This document shows positions 9,101-18,145 of a stretch of DNA of 64,000 nucleotides, piece after piece; position 1 is the stretch's first letter, and each line of letters opens with the position of its first letter. The notes below the pieces were generated by a model that was given only the letters and a program-made list of their open reading frames with translations, did not search any database and was not told where the DNA came from. Source of the DNA: Candidatus Kerfeldbacteria bacterium (GTDB lineage Bacteria > Patescibacteriota > Patescibacteriia > SBBC01); the NCBI GenBank assembly GCA_043799405.1, contig JAZDNT010000003.1:207461-271460 (forward strand). Reading direction: 5' to 3'. The position numbers and the translations under genes were made by a program.

Positions 9101-10225
9101 AAGGAGCGCACTTTCTTCACTATCGGTAACATCAAACATTTGAATGTAATATACCTTATCATTATGGAAGAAAATAAAATCATTTGAGTTGACTTCACCG
9201 GGGACATGACGATAGACATCGGCTGTGATGCCGCCGATTGTTTTTGTTGTCCGAGCATCGCGTACGTCAGGGATCGAACTGAGCTGTATTTGTGATACTC
9301 TTTCATACGCTTGGGTCAGGGTCTCCGTTCCCAAACATGGAACCACCCGCACAGACATGTTATTTGCTACGGTCGATGTACTACCTGTGTTTGGATTTGG
9401 CGTAATAGGAACGCCTAGCGTGAGATCAGATCCCGTGCCCTGGGCATTCCACTTAGATGGATACTTAAAGTTATATACATTCTCGGAGTCTGAATACGTT
9501 TTCCACCCGGCGGTTTGATCTGTGAATCGCAGAGAGTTAACAACGGATGTAAAGTCGCTTACGTACCTCGCATAGTCCTGTCGATCGTCCACTGTTCCGT
9601 TAACCGCGTAGTGGATACTTATTTCTCTCATATGGTAGCGCACTATAACACCTGAATGGCTAATAATGAACTCACGGTCAGTATACGAGTCAGTTACGAT
9701 CTTCGCGGAATAACTGGGATACCCATTGATCGGAGTTTCGTTGACATCGGTGCGGGAAGATGGAGAAATGTTTTCATTAAACCAATCCTTAGGAGTCTTG
9801 CTCGAAGAAAAAATTTGGAATGTTGTCAACCAGAACGAGTCGTTTCCATTTTCCGTCCGGTATGCGTCGAGTACATCCTTTGGAGTCAATCCAACTTGTT
9901 CATTGCTCCGCAGTCCTGACTGAGGAAGATCCTGCTTTTCCCAGGTTGAAGGATACGTAAATGTTAGATTGTACGTATTACTTGTGTATGTCTGTTTCGT
10001 GGCACCATCGACGGCTATAGTGCTGTTGGTATTCGCGTTTTCGTTAACATTCCCATTGATCACAACTGTGCTATTAGTGTTCACATTGATCAGTCCCGCG
10101 TTCGTATCCGTGCTCTCGTTCGTGTTCTTGAACGAACTGTAGAAAAAGTACCCGGTCACGCCGAGCGCGAGAACGGCGGCGATGATGACGATGACTGGAA
10201 TAATGGCGATGCCTTTAGTGTTCAT
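9077..10225 (-). CDS. signal-anchored exoprotein, paralog 2 (two copies of the Y.F.YPS.W-type domain, C-terminal FTFTK)
   Basis: N-terminus MNTKGIAIIPVIVIIAAVLALGVTGYFFYS. Domains YNLTFTYPSTWEKQ and GWKTYSDSENVYNFKYPSKWNAQ. Ends LLSTFTFTK. Confidence 0.75.
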   Translation of the reverse strand: MNTKGIAIIPVIVIIAAVLALGVTGYFFYSSFKNTNESTDTNAGLINVNTNSTVVINGNVNENANTNSTIAVDGATKQTYTSNTYNLTFTYPSTWEKQDLPQSGLRSNEQVGLTPKDVLDAYRTENGNDSFWLTTFQIFSSSKTPKDWFNENISPSSRTDVNETPINGYPSYSAKIVTDSYTDREFIISHSGVIVRYHMREISIHYAVNGTVDDRQDYARYVSDFTSVVNSLRFTDQTAGWKTYSDSENVYNFKYPSKWNAQGTGSDLTLGVPITPNPNTGSTSTVANNMSVRVVPCLGTETLTQAYERVSQIQLSSIPDVRDARTTKTIGGITADVYRHVPGEVNSNDFIFFHNDKVYYIQMFDVTDSEESALLSTFTFTK

Positions 10226-10266
10226 AGTGGTTTCAATATTATTTATTTCGTGAAGGTGAAGGTGGA
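10205..10266. repeat. homogenised gene-junction repeat, copy B (5' end of paralog 2, spacer, 3' end of paralog 3)
   Basis: ggcgatgcctttagtgttcatagtggtttcaatattatttatttcgtgaaggtgaaggtgga. See copy A. Confidence 0.85.
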
Positions 10267-11379
10267 GAGAAGACTATTAAACGCCTGCTGATCAGCGCCA
10301 TCGGTTTTATTGTTATATTGGATCTGAATCGTTAATGACCCTTTGGTTACGAACACAACGTCTTTCTTCCCAAAATCCATTCCCTCACTAACCATACCCG
10401 TGATCCTCAGCGCCGTGATACCATCAATTGTAATCGTTGATTCAGTCGTATTGCTCAACGATTTTTTCCAACTCGACGTACTTCCGTCAGCATCAAGAAC
10501 TATATCGAAGATGCCAAGCGCTTCTGACCCACATGTAACTTTTTTCGTGTCAAAGATAACGAACGATGGAATTTGTTGGCAATCGTTTACGACCCATGAG
10601 GCCGGATACTTGACGGAATACCCAACGCTTGAGTTCGTATACGTCTTCCACCCGGCGGTGGGGTCGGCTGTCGTGGGGAATACAAGTGTGCCGATGACGG
10701 TCTCCCAATCAGTTTGATTTGGCACTACATTGAATATCACAGTTGTACCTCCCCACACAACGATGAACGACCTTGGAGTAGAACCAATTGCGGTTGTATA
10801 CATTATCTCCGTGCCCGAAATGCCGCTGATAATTTTTCCTTCTTGTGATGTAACGTGAGTGGATTCGGCGTCAAGAGCGTTTATCCGATCAACCTCTTGC
10901 TTTATGGTCCAATTTTCCCGCACTGAAATGAACGGCAGTGGTCCAGGTGGATTAGTAGGGGTAAACACAACAACATACGGTCCTTCGTTATTATATCCAG
11001 TAGTAACGAGTTTTGTGCTCCAAGATAGTGGATACTTTACGCTAAAATTGTATTTTTTATCCTCATACGTCTTCCAATCCTTCGTTGCGTTGGCTGATGC
11101 GTTTACGTTGCTATTCGCGTTGGTATTCGTATTGCTGTTGGTATTTACGTTCGCGTTTTTGTTTGTATTCGCAGGGCACGCGGCAAATTCACAGTCCGGT
11201 CCGGTCCTTCCGACTGCGGTTCCGTCAGGGCAGATCTTCGCTTCCGTAGTACACGAGACCGCGGTATTCGTTAAATTTCCCTTTGCCGTGTTGTATACAA
11301 AATATCCAGTCACGCCGAGTGCAAGAACTGCAAGAATAATGACGACAATCGGGAGCGCCGCGATGCCTTTCGGTTTCAT
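10243..11379 (-). CDS. signal-anchored exoprotein, paralog 3 (Cys-rich insert, two domain copies, C-terminal FTFTK)
   Basis: Start moved to ATG 11379 (MKPKGIAALPIVVIILAVLALGVTGYFVYN) by analogy with paralogs 1 and 2, with GGAG upstream. Domains DWKTYEDKKYNFSVKYPLSW and GWKTYTNSSVGYSVKYPASW. Ends LLSTFTFTK. Confidence 0.7.
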   Translation of the reverse strand: MKPKGIAALPIVVIILAVLALGVTGYFVYNTAKGNLTNTAVSCTTEAKICPDGTAVGRTGPDCEFAACPANTNKNANVNTNSNTNTNANSNVNASANATKDWKTYEDKKYNFSVKYPLSWSTKLVTTGYNNEGPYVVVFTPTNPPGPLPFISVRENWTIKQEVDRINALDAESTHVTSQEGKIISGISGTEIMYTTAIGSTPRSFIVVWGGTTVIFNVVPNQTDWETVIGTLVFPTTADPTAGWKTYTNSSVGYSVKYPASWVVNDCQQIPSFVIFDTKKVTCGSEALGIFDIVLDADGSTSSWKKSLSNTTESTITIDGITALRITGMVSEGMDFGKKDVVFVTKGSLTIQIQYNNKTDGADQQAFNSLLSTFTFTK

Positions 11380-11531
11380 AGTTTCTCCAATGTGAGATTT
11401 AATTCTGTGCATAACTAGTATAGCACGTGCCTTCTCTATTTAATCGTGGCGGGTTATAGCAAAAAATGTTGACAAAGTACGTAGAAACAACCTACCATGA
11501 TTTTACAAACGGTGGCGGAATAAAGCCACCG

Positions 11532-11906
11532 ATGTTTCTCTATAACCACCCCGATCTCAAACAAAGACGGCAATCACTCCGTAATGCTCGAATTCCTGCC
11601 GAAACGATACTCTGGCAACATCTCCAGAGAAGTCAATTCTTTGGTTACAAGTTTCGTCGGCAGTACGGAGTTGGTCCGTACGTGCTGGATTTTTTCTGCT
11701 CTGAACTTCGGCTGGCAATTGAAATCGACGGTGACTCACATTCCGCGCCTGACGCCAAGACGTACGACAAGCAACGTCAACAATTCATTGAAAGCGAAGA
11801 CATAATCGTTATCAGATTCTTGAATACAGACGTTCATCAAAACGTCGATGGCGTGTTGGAGCGATTGTACAAGATTATTACCACCCTCTGTCTCCCTCCT
11901 ACATGA
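11532..11906 (+). CDS. DUF559 / Vsr-like endonuclease-domain protein
   Basis: ILWQHLQRSQFFGYKFRRQYGVGPYVLDFFCSELRLAIEIDGDSH...VIRFLNTDV is typical DUF559. Start is uncertain: the ORF opens at 11466, and ATG 11532 gives the usual length of about 124 aa. Confidence 0.75.
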   Translation: MFLYNHPDLKQRRQSLRNARIPAETILWQHLQRSQFFGYKFRRQYGVGPYVLDFFCSELRLAIEIDGDSHSAPDAKTYDKQRQQFIESEDIIVIRFLNTDVHQNVDGVLERLYKIITTLCLPPT

Positions 11907-11915
11907 GGAGGGAGA
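11891..11915. terminator. CCCTCC/GGAGGG hairpin spanning the DUF559 stop codon
   Basis: TCTCCCTCCT (11891-11900) pairs with AGGAGGGAGA (11906-11915); loop acatg. Confidence 0.4.
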
Positions 11916-11941
11916 ACTCACGGAAAGGGCGTTTAGCAAGT

Positions 11942-11966
11942 TTCCCCTCCTAGGGTAGGAGGGGAA
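11942..11966. terminator. perfect 11-bp hairpin between convergent genes
   Basis: TTCCCCTCCTA (11942-11952) pairs with TAGGAGGGGAA (11956-11966); loop ggg. Lies between DUF559 (+) and the L,D-transpeptidase (-). Confidence 0.5.
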
Positions 11967-12018
11967 CAAGGGGTGGTACGAAATGGGGGAACCGCTAAAC
12001 AGAGAAGGGGGAGATACG

Positions 12019-13443
12019 CTAACTCTTATAGATTACAACAGGCGTCCCGATCTCAGCCCAGTTGAATATCCACTCTGCTGCATCGAGCGGTTCGCCAACG
12101 CAGCCGTGGCTTCTAGGGCGTATACCGAAATCGTTGTGCCAGTAGACGCCGTGGATCGAGTAGTCGCCCTTGAACCAGAGGATGTGCGGCACGTTCGGTA
12201 CGTAGTATCCGCGACCCGACATCTTCTGCTTTTCGATCTTGCTGTAGACCCTGAACGTGCCGGTCGGCGTCCAGTCATGAATGCCGGATGAGATCTTCGT
12301 CGAGTACACTAGTATCCCGTTCTCGTAGTCATACTCCATCTGCTTTGTAAGGTCGACGCCGATCGCCTTGCCGGTCGGAAATGGCGCCGGAGGCGGCGTA
12401 AGGTACGTGATGCCAAACGGAACCTCGACGGTCGGCAGCTCGACAGTATCGTTGCCAGAAAGCATCGCATCACGGAGCCGGTTTGATGCCTCCTGAACCG
12501 CGAGCATCGTGCCGGGAACTCCTTGTTTAATGACTTCGACCTTATGAGTACTTACAAGTATCTCCTGCGGAACTGGTGCAACGTTCACTTCGGAAGCGAT
12601 GGATTCAAGGTACGATGTCACACCCTTTTCATCGAGCGTTACTGTAGCGACGACGCCATCTTTTGGTCGAACGCCGAGCGAAGCGAGCTCTCTTCCCCCC
12701 TTTCCCTCCATGACCTTAACGATGATCCACGACGCGATCCTCTCACGGTCCGGAGTGAACGTCTTTCCACGCGCTTTGAACGTAACAGTTCGCTGCAGTA
12801 GCGCTTCTGCTTCCTGCTGCGGCCCGACAAGATTTGCGGCAGTGACATTCGCAGCAATAGGGCGCGGCGAGATCGCGACGGTAACGGCCTTACCTTTTGT
12901 AACAGTCGGCATCAGCTGTTGCTGCAGTGGTTCTGGATCGATCATAGTGCCGCTCTCGTCAGGTACGATCGAGAACGAGCCGTTTATATATGCGAGCTTC
13001 GCATCCTGCGGCAACGTGCCAAACGTCGACACGAGCTGATCGAGCTGATTTCGTAATGCATCTTCCGACCAGACAACAGGCACGTCAAGAGATTTCCGTG
13101 CCACACTTGCATTCAAGAATGCTGTGAACCCGCTCCGACGTCCGATATCGAACGCACTCTTGATGGGCACATCGACATCATACGACACGCCAAGGTTTGC
13201 TACGCTAAACTTCCACGACATGCTTCCATAAGTAAGCGTGAATCGTAGCGTCGTAAGGTTCTCATTTATACGTTCACGCGCCTGAGATACGGTAAGGCTG
13301 CCAACTGGAACGTTTGCGACACGGATGCCCGGAAGGATCCTTCCCTGGAGCAACGCTGCGCATACGACAAAGAAGACGCTTATGAACGAAGCTGTCGCAA
13401 GAACCCAAAGCCGGATGCTTGTTTGCTTTTGTTTTTTCCGCAT
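12019..13443 (-). CDS. L,D-transpeptidase (YkuD catalytic domain) with N-terminal anchor and YoaR/VanW-like region
   Basis: C-terminal HGVYWHNDFGIRPRSHGCVGEP carries the SHGC active site. N-terminal TM helix WVLATASFISVFFVVCAALL. Confidence 0.85.
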   Translation of the reverse strand: MRKKQKQTSIRLWVLATASFISVFFVVCAALLQGRILPGIRVANVPVGSLTVSQARERINENLTTLRFTLTYGSMSWKFSVANLGVSYDVDVPIKSAFDIGRRSGFTAFLNASVARKSLDVPVVWSEDALRNQLDQLVSTFGTLPQDAKLAYINGSFSIVPDESGTMIDPEPLQQQLMPTVTKGKAVTVAISPRPIAANVTAANLVGPQQEAEALLQRTVTFKARGKTFTPDRERIASWIIVKVMEGKGGRELASLGVRPKDGVVATVTLDEKGVTSYLESIASEVNVAPVPQEILVSTHKVEVIKQGVPGTMLAVQEASNRLRDAMLSGNDTVELPTVEVPFGITYLTPPPAPFPTGKAIGVDLTKQMEYDYENGILVYSTKISSGIHDWTPTGTFRVYSKIEKQKMSGRGYYVPNVPHILWFKGDYSIHGVYWHNDFGIRPRSHGCVGEPLDAAEWIFNWAEIGTPVVIYKS

Positions 13444-13548
13444 GAAATCGGTTTTTCTTTTTGTATCTTTATTGATTGTATCACATTTCTAATCATTTTT
13501 CAAGTACCACAATACTACGTTCAAGTGAGCGCTGTTGTGGATTGATTG

Positions 13549-14409
13549 CTATGCAGCAGCTTCGACGGCCGTCTCTTCTTCCGGAGCTGTTTCCTGCTCG
13601 AGCTGTGCAAGCGCCTCGTCTAACGCATTGTAGTCAGCTTCGAGCGTCTGTCTTTCCTCATCGAGAATGTCTTCCATCTTCTTCCCTGCCTTTTTCGCGA
13701 AGAGGTGAAGGTAGTTCTCCTTGCTCCAGAACCCTAGCTTACCGCCGGGAAGATCCCTGTTCATACCGAGCCCGACGAGGTATGCGAACTTTGCTTTTGT
13801 CGTCTCCGCATGCGGTATGGTAATGCGCCGCAGTAATTTCTTTACTATGAGTTCCATATCGCTATGCTCGAACCTGCTTGCGCGTTGCTCAACGAGTTTC
13901 TGCGCTTCCTTCTCATGCTCCTCCTCGGTCCTCCCCTGACGGATGTACTCCTCACGGAGGCGATGAACACTATTGCGAGTCTCGCGCACGCCAACAATGA
14001 ACTTCCGCTTTGCCTCATCGAACAGTTCCTTTTTCTTTTCCTGTCGCTCCTGCATTGAAGCGACTTTCGACTGCTTCCCCTCCAATACCTCTCGTGGAAT
14101 TTCGTCTCCACGTCCGCCCTTTTTTGTGCGTGGTTTCCCGGCTCCTGCAGTATCAGCTTCTATGGATTGCGCTTCGGGCGCGCCGCTCTCTTCTTCCTTC
14201 CCCTTTTCTGCATCCGCTTCTTCCTGCTTTTCTGCATCCGCTTTAGCGGCTGCAGGTAAGATGTCAGCCTCTTCAACGTCAGGTTCTTCGGACGTATCAA
14301 GACCAGGCTTAGACCTAACGCCGTGACGCATTCTTTCCAAAGGACTTTCTTCGCTCGGTATAGAACCGCTTCGTGGTTCAGGCTGCTCCCGGCTATTAAC
14401 ATCGCCCAT
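13549..14409 (-). CDS. hypothetical Glu/Lys-rich protein (286 aa)
   Basis: ORF track. Strongly acidic low-complexity N-terminal half and predicted helical C-terminal half. No family recognised. Confidence 0.5.
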   Translation of the reverse strand: MGDVNSREQPEPRSGSIPSEESPLERMRHGVRSKPGLDTSEEPDVEEADILPAAAKADAEKQEEADAEKGKEEESGAPEAQSIEADTAGAGKPRTKKGGRGDEIPREVLEGKQSKVASMQERQEKKKELFDEAKRKFIVGVRETRNSVHRLREEYIRQGRTEEEHEKEAQKLVEQRASRFEHSDMELIVKKLLRRITIPHAETTKAKFAYLVGLGMNRDLPGGKLGFWSKENYLHLFAKKAGKKMEDILDEERQTLEADYNALDEALAQLEQETAPEEETAVEAAA

Positions 14410-14460
14410 ACTGCCCCCTTTTATGAATGCGCTCCCTTCAATGGAGCGCGATTAATGACT

Positions 14461-15714
14461 TTACTGCGTACGTGCTTCGAGTATAACCTCGACCGTCTTT
14501 TCCTTACTCTTCGAAAGCACCTTTAAGGTCACTTTCTGTCCGATCTGCTTCTGCGACAAGATCTGCGCGAGATCGTTATCTTCATTGATCTTCTGTCCAT
14601 CGACCTCGAGGATGATGTCGTTTTCAGTAATCCCCGCCTTATCCGCGGGGCTTCCCGGAACGACGGCGAGTTCGTCCGCTGTATTACCCCGCACGATGAG
14701 TGCGCCGTAGTCCGTCGATAGTTTATTCGCTTCTTTAAGCTGTGGTGTGATGATCGAATACCGGACGCCAAGGTACGGCCTCTCGATCTTTCCGGACTTC
14801 TTGACGCTTTCGAGATCGCTCTTCGCGATGTTGATGGGGAGCGCGAAACCGACGAGCTGCCCCTGCGAATCGATCGCGGTGTTGATCCCGATCGCCTGTC
14901 CGGCGATGTTCAGGAGCGGACCGCCCGAGTTGCCCTGGTTGATTGCGGCGTCGGTCTGTATGACGTTACGGAGCGTCTCGCTGTTCCCGGAGCTGTCGCC
15001 GGCGGTGATCGTCCGCGCGAGTCCGGAGATGATCCCCTTCGTCACGGTATTGCGGTACTCACCGAGTGCATTGCCGATAGCGATGACCGTATCGCCGATC
15101 TGTACGTTATCTGAGTTTCCGAGCTCAATCGTCGGAAGGTCCTTCGCCTCGATCTTCATGAATGCGATGTCGTTCGTCGGGTCGGTCGCAAGCAGCTTCG
15201 CATCGTAGTTCTTCCCGTCGTTCGTAACGACGGTATACTGATCAGCACCGGAAATGGTCGCGACATGCTTGTTCGTCATAATGATGCCGTCGGACGATAT
15301 GATGAACCCGCTCCCCGCTCCGATTTCCTGGATCCCCTGCGGGACCTGCTGCTGAATGAACGGGAAACCGAAAAAGTTGTTGTACTGCTGATTCTCTGAA
15401 CTATTGCCGAAGATCTTGCTGTAGTCTTTCTTCGCAACGACGCTGACGACGGCCGGACTCGCCTTCTTGACGACATCGACAGTCGATGAATCCTCCTGCA
15501 ACGAGAGGGTTCCGGTCGTATTGACGTTCTGAACGCTCGATTGAACCGTTGACGATGATGAAAACAGGTGGCTCAAGCCCCCCTTCGATGCGGCTGCTCC
15601 GAAAATGCCCCCGGAAACACCGCCGATGATGAGGCTTATGAGTGCAATAGTACCAACGCCGACCTTTTGGGTTGACGCGCGCTGATTAGGCTTTATCGGG
15701 GGCGGAATATCCAT
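14461..15714 (-). CDS. HtrA/DegP-family serine protease with PDZ domain, membrane anchored
   Basis: Trypsin-like motifs TNKHV, DIAFMKI and GNSGGPL. C-terminal PDZ region (PADKAGITENDIILEVDGQKI). N-terminal TM helix. Confidence 0.9.
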   Translation of the reverse strand: MDIPPPIKPNQRASTQKVGVGTIALISLIIGGVSGGIFGAAASKGGLSHLFSSSSTVQSSVQNVNTTGTLSLQEDSSTVDVVKKASPAVVSVVAKKDYSKIFGNSSENQQYNNFFGFPFIQQQVPQGIQEIGAGSGFIISSDGIIMTNKHVATISGADQYTVVTNDGKNYDAKLLATDPTNDIAFMKIEAKDLPTIELGNSDNVQIGDTVIAIGNALGEYRNTVTKGIISGLARTITAGDSSGNSETLRNVIQTDAAINQGNSGGPLLNIAGQAIGINTAIDSQGQLVGFALPINIAKSDLESVKKSGKIERPYLGVRYSIITPQLKEANKLSTDYGALIVRGNTADELAVVPGSPADKAGITENDIILEVDGQKINEDNDLAQILSQKQIGQKVTLKVLSKSKEKTVEVILEARTQ

Positions 15715-15786
15715 AAAACCTTACTCCTTACGTTATGATATGTATTACACCAAGAATTCTAGAATACTACGATATTCCTGAAAAAT

Positions 15787-16881
15787 TCATGAATTTGTAT
15801 TCGCGTTGCTCGTATTCGTATTTGTGTTCGTATTGGTACGGCTGGTGTTCGTGTTGGTGTTCGTCTTTTTGTTCGTGTTCGTCGATGTATTCGTGTCCTT
15901 AGTGGCGTTAGTGTTCGTCTTTTTCGTACTCGCGTTCGTATTCGTCGACGAATTGACGTTCGCACTGGGGTTCGTGCTCTCGACACTGCCGGAGGACAGG
16001 TTCGAGGCGTCGGTCTCGCGCAGTAGATCACGAAGCGACACGAAGGTGTACCCCTGCGCCTTTACTACATCAACGAGTGGGCTGATGAGATCGGCACCGA
16101 TATCGCTGTACGCCTGCACTACGATGATTGCGCCGTCCTTGAGTGCGCTCACGACGCGCGCCTTTGAGGTATCGACAGTCATGCCGGATTTCCAATCCTG
16201 TGCATCGACCGTCCAGATTATCGTGCAGTACCCTTGGCTTCGCGCTTCCGCGAGTGAGGCTGTGTCGTAGTCACCGAAGGGAGGGCGGAAGTACGGTTTC
16301 GTCGTTACGCCGGTTACGGCGGATATGGATGTATCCGCTTTTTCAAGCTCGCTGTCGATCTTCTCTGCTGCGAGACCCTTGAACGAGGTATGGCTATTGC
16401 TGTGGTTGAATACCTCGATTCCCGCGTCATGGTACTGCTTCACAAGGTCGGTCTTCGCCTCTGCCCATGCACCGACCGCGAACAGGGACACGGGCACGTT
16501 TACCGCCTTGAGGGAGGCGAGCGTCGCTTGCACGCGGGTATCCGATGTGGCATCGGCAACGCTGGGGCTATCGACGGTGAGCGCGACGTAGTGACCCTCC
16601 ACGGTCGCGCTGTAGATCGCCTTCGGGCAGTCCTGCGTCGAGAGTTCAGTACCGGAGAGCTGCGGTATCGATGATGTCGCAACGCTCCCATTAGTGTTAC
16701 CGGCGAGCGTTATCTCGGCTCCGTTCGTGTTATTGTTTCCTCCGCCAGAACCACCGCTGAATACGTTCTTGATAAGGAGAATAACGACGACGCAAACGCC
16801 CGCCCATACAAGAAACCGATAGAACCGGTTATGAGGCCGGTACTGATGACGGTAGGGCGAGAACTGTCGATAGTTTGACAT
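15787..16881 (-). CDS. polysaccharide deacetylase (NodB family), membrane anchored, with C-terminal Asn/Thr-rich tail
   Basis: YVALTVDSPS, FAVGAWAE and NHSNSHTSF are NodB-like motifs. The tail reads NVNSSTNTNASTKKTNTNATKDTNTSTNTNKKTNTNTNT.... Confidence 0.8.
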   Translation of the reverse strand: MSNYRQFSPYRHQYRPHNRFYRFLVWAGVCVVVILLIKNVFSGGSGGGNNNTNGAEITLAGNTNGSVATSSIPQLSGTELSTQDCPKAIYSATVEGHYVALTVDSPSVADATSDTRVQATLASLKAVNVPVSLFAVGAWAEAKTDLVKQYHDAGIEVFNHSNSHTSFKGLAAEKIDSELEKADTSISAVTGVTTKPYFRPPFGDYDTASLAEARSQGYCTIIWTVDAQDWKSGMTVDTSKARVVSALKDGAIIVVQAYSDIGADLISPLVDVVKAQGYTFVSLRDLLRETDASNLSSGSVESTNPSANVNSSTNTNASTKKTNTNATKDTNTSTNTNKKTNTNTNTSRTNTNTNTNTSNANTNS

Positions 16882-16895
16882 ACAGGTGGCGTTAC

Positions 16896-17447
16896 TTACG
16901 TGCCGGCCGCCGGTAAACGCCGTCGAACGGCATATTGCGCTACTGCGTATGCACCGAACATGATGCCGGTGAACGCGAGGTCGCCGAGTACAGTATTACG
17001 GAAGAATGGAATCCCTGCAAGGTATGCTGCCGTGAGCCCTTGAAACGTCTTTGGGTACCATGCACCGAACGCCCAAACGGCCGCATTTGTCACGGAAAAG
17101 AAGAGCACGGAACCAGCTAAGGAGCCACTGACGATTCTTCGTATACTCGACCGCTTCCGGATCCATAAACCGAGAACGGCACTCAAAATAAAACACGCGT
17201 AGACCGAAACCATGACGCCTGGTGTATAGAATCCGATGATCGCATCAGAAAGCACCATTGTTGCGATCGGGAGAGCGATCGCAAGGCGCTTCGGCAATAT
17301 CGCGCCTCCGAACAGCGCCATCGCGGCAATCGGCGCAACGTTCGGCGGAAGGTGAACGAATCCGAGGTGGCGCAGAACGCGCGTCGCAGCCGCAACGATG
17401 ACGAGGAAGATAGCGAACCAGACAATATTCTTTTTCGTAGCGGTCAT
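16896..17447 (-). CDS. polytopic membrane protein, ECF S-component-like; putative vitamin (cobalamin?) transporter
   Basis: About 6 TM segments. ATG 17447 overlaps the stop of the DUF4430-like gene (ATGA). The function is inferred only from this coupling and from the candidate B12 leader upstream. Confidence 0.45.
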   Translation of the reverse strand: MTATKKNIVWFAIFLVIVAAATRVLRHLGFVHLPPNVAPIAAMALFGGAILPKRLAIALPIATMVLSDAIIGFYTPGVMVSVYACFILSAVLGLWIRKRSSIRRIVSGSLAGSVLFFSVTNAAVWAFGAWYPKTFQGLTAAYLAGIPFFRNTVLGDLAFTGIMFGAYAVAQYAVRRRLPAAGT

Positions 17448-17827
17448 TGGACGAAAGCTTCTAGTTTCCACTCGATCGTATCGGTCGAGGACGTCACAAG
17501 CTCTTTCGCACCAACAGCCGCCATAGTCCCGTTCATGTACAGCGTCCAGTACTTCGGCGCAGCGTTCACGACGCCATCGATCGACGTGACGAAGCCATTC
17601 TCATCAATAACAGTGTGCGACGCCTTAAGAAGATCGAATGCGTTCTTACCGTCGACGCCTGTGTAGGTAACCGTCGGAACGGTCGTTGTTGTATTGACCT
17701 TCGTGTTAGAAGTATTGGTGCCAGTGGGCGTTATACTCGGTGCGACGAGCTTCCACGCAATCGCGATGAGAACGAACGCGCCGAAGAGGACGAACGTTCT
17801 CTTAAAGCTTTTCTGCTGTTGTTCCAT
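17444..17827 (-). CDS. DUF4430-like secreted/anchored protein (transcobalamin-like fold family)
   Basis: N-terminal TM helix, then VTYTGVDGKNAFDLLKASHTVIDENGFVTSIDGVVNAAPKYWTLYMNGTMAAVGAKELVTSSTDTIEWKL. This matches the remembered DUF4430 pattern (G..A.d.L...G.fv.sI.G....yW.y.vNG..a.vGa). Confidence 0.65.
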   Translation of the reverse strand: MEQQQKSFKRTFVLFGAFVLIAIAWKLVAPSITPTGTNTSNTKVNTTTTVPTVTYTGVDGKNAFDLLKASHTVIDENGFVTSIDGVVNAAPKYWTLYMNGTMAAVGAKELVTSSTDTIEWKLEAFVQ

Positions 17828-17849
17828 TGGTATCGTTCTCTAAATGATG

Positions 17850-18125
17850 CATACGAAGTAGCCCCGCATCGGGAAATGAGGGGCGTATCCGCTGCACCTC
17901 TCCCCGAAGGATCCCGTGGTACGGGACGCATTTATCTTCGTTCGATCGTCGTTTCTGTTACGACGGCCAAACAGGGGTCGGACTTCCCTCCCCCTCCCCT
18001 TATTTTTCTCCCGATTAGGGGAGGGGGCTGGGGGGTGGGGTCACCGTGGCGGGACCGTTCCGGACTGTCCTGCTTCCCTCTCAGTCTCATGGAGAGGGTA
18101 AGGGTGAGGAGTCACCGGATTCCCT
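17850..18125 (-). promoter_or_regulatory. candidate cobalamin riboswitch leader
   Basis: Minus strand reads GAGGGAAGCAGGACAGTCCGGAACGGTCCCGCCACGGTGA (18080-18041). This resembles the conserved core GGGAA..GGTG.AA.TCC...C.G.CCCGC.AC.GT.A. It is followed by a long C-rich/G-rich hairpin, then GGGAAGTCCGACCCCTG, a degenerate GGGAAGGC plus B12-box. Boundaries are approximate. Confidence 0.5.
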
Positions 18126-18145
18126 TATGTTGGATTTTGAAAAAA

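Noticed and set aside
7900-11200. CRISPR-like or satellite periodicity (aacgtt/cacgtt/aatgt units), also seen at 15790-15960, 27806-27975 and 40960-41100
   Set aside because: The period is 6-12 nt, the units are imperfect, and they lie entirely inside ORFs where they encode (Asn-x)n linkers. There is no repeat-spacer organisation and no cas genes.
8259-11412. Diversity-generating retroelement targeting the variable exoproteins
   Set aside because: There is no reverse transcriptase gene and no template/variable repeat pair with adenine-specific mismatches in the window. The similarity between paralogs is at the gene ends, not in a C-terminal variable region.
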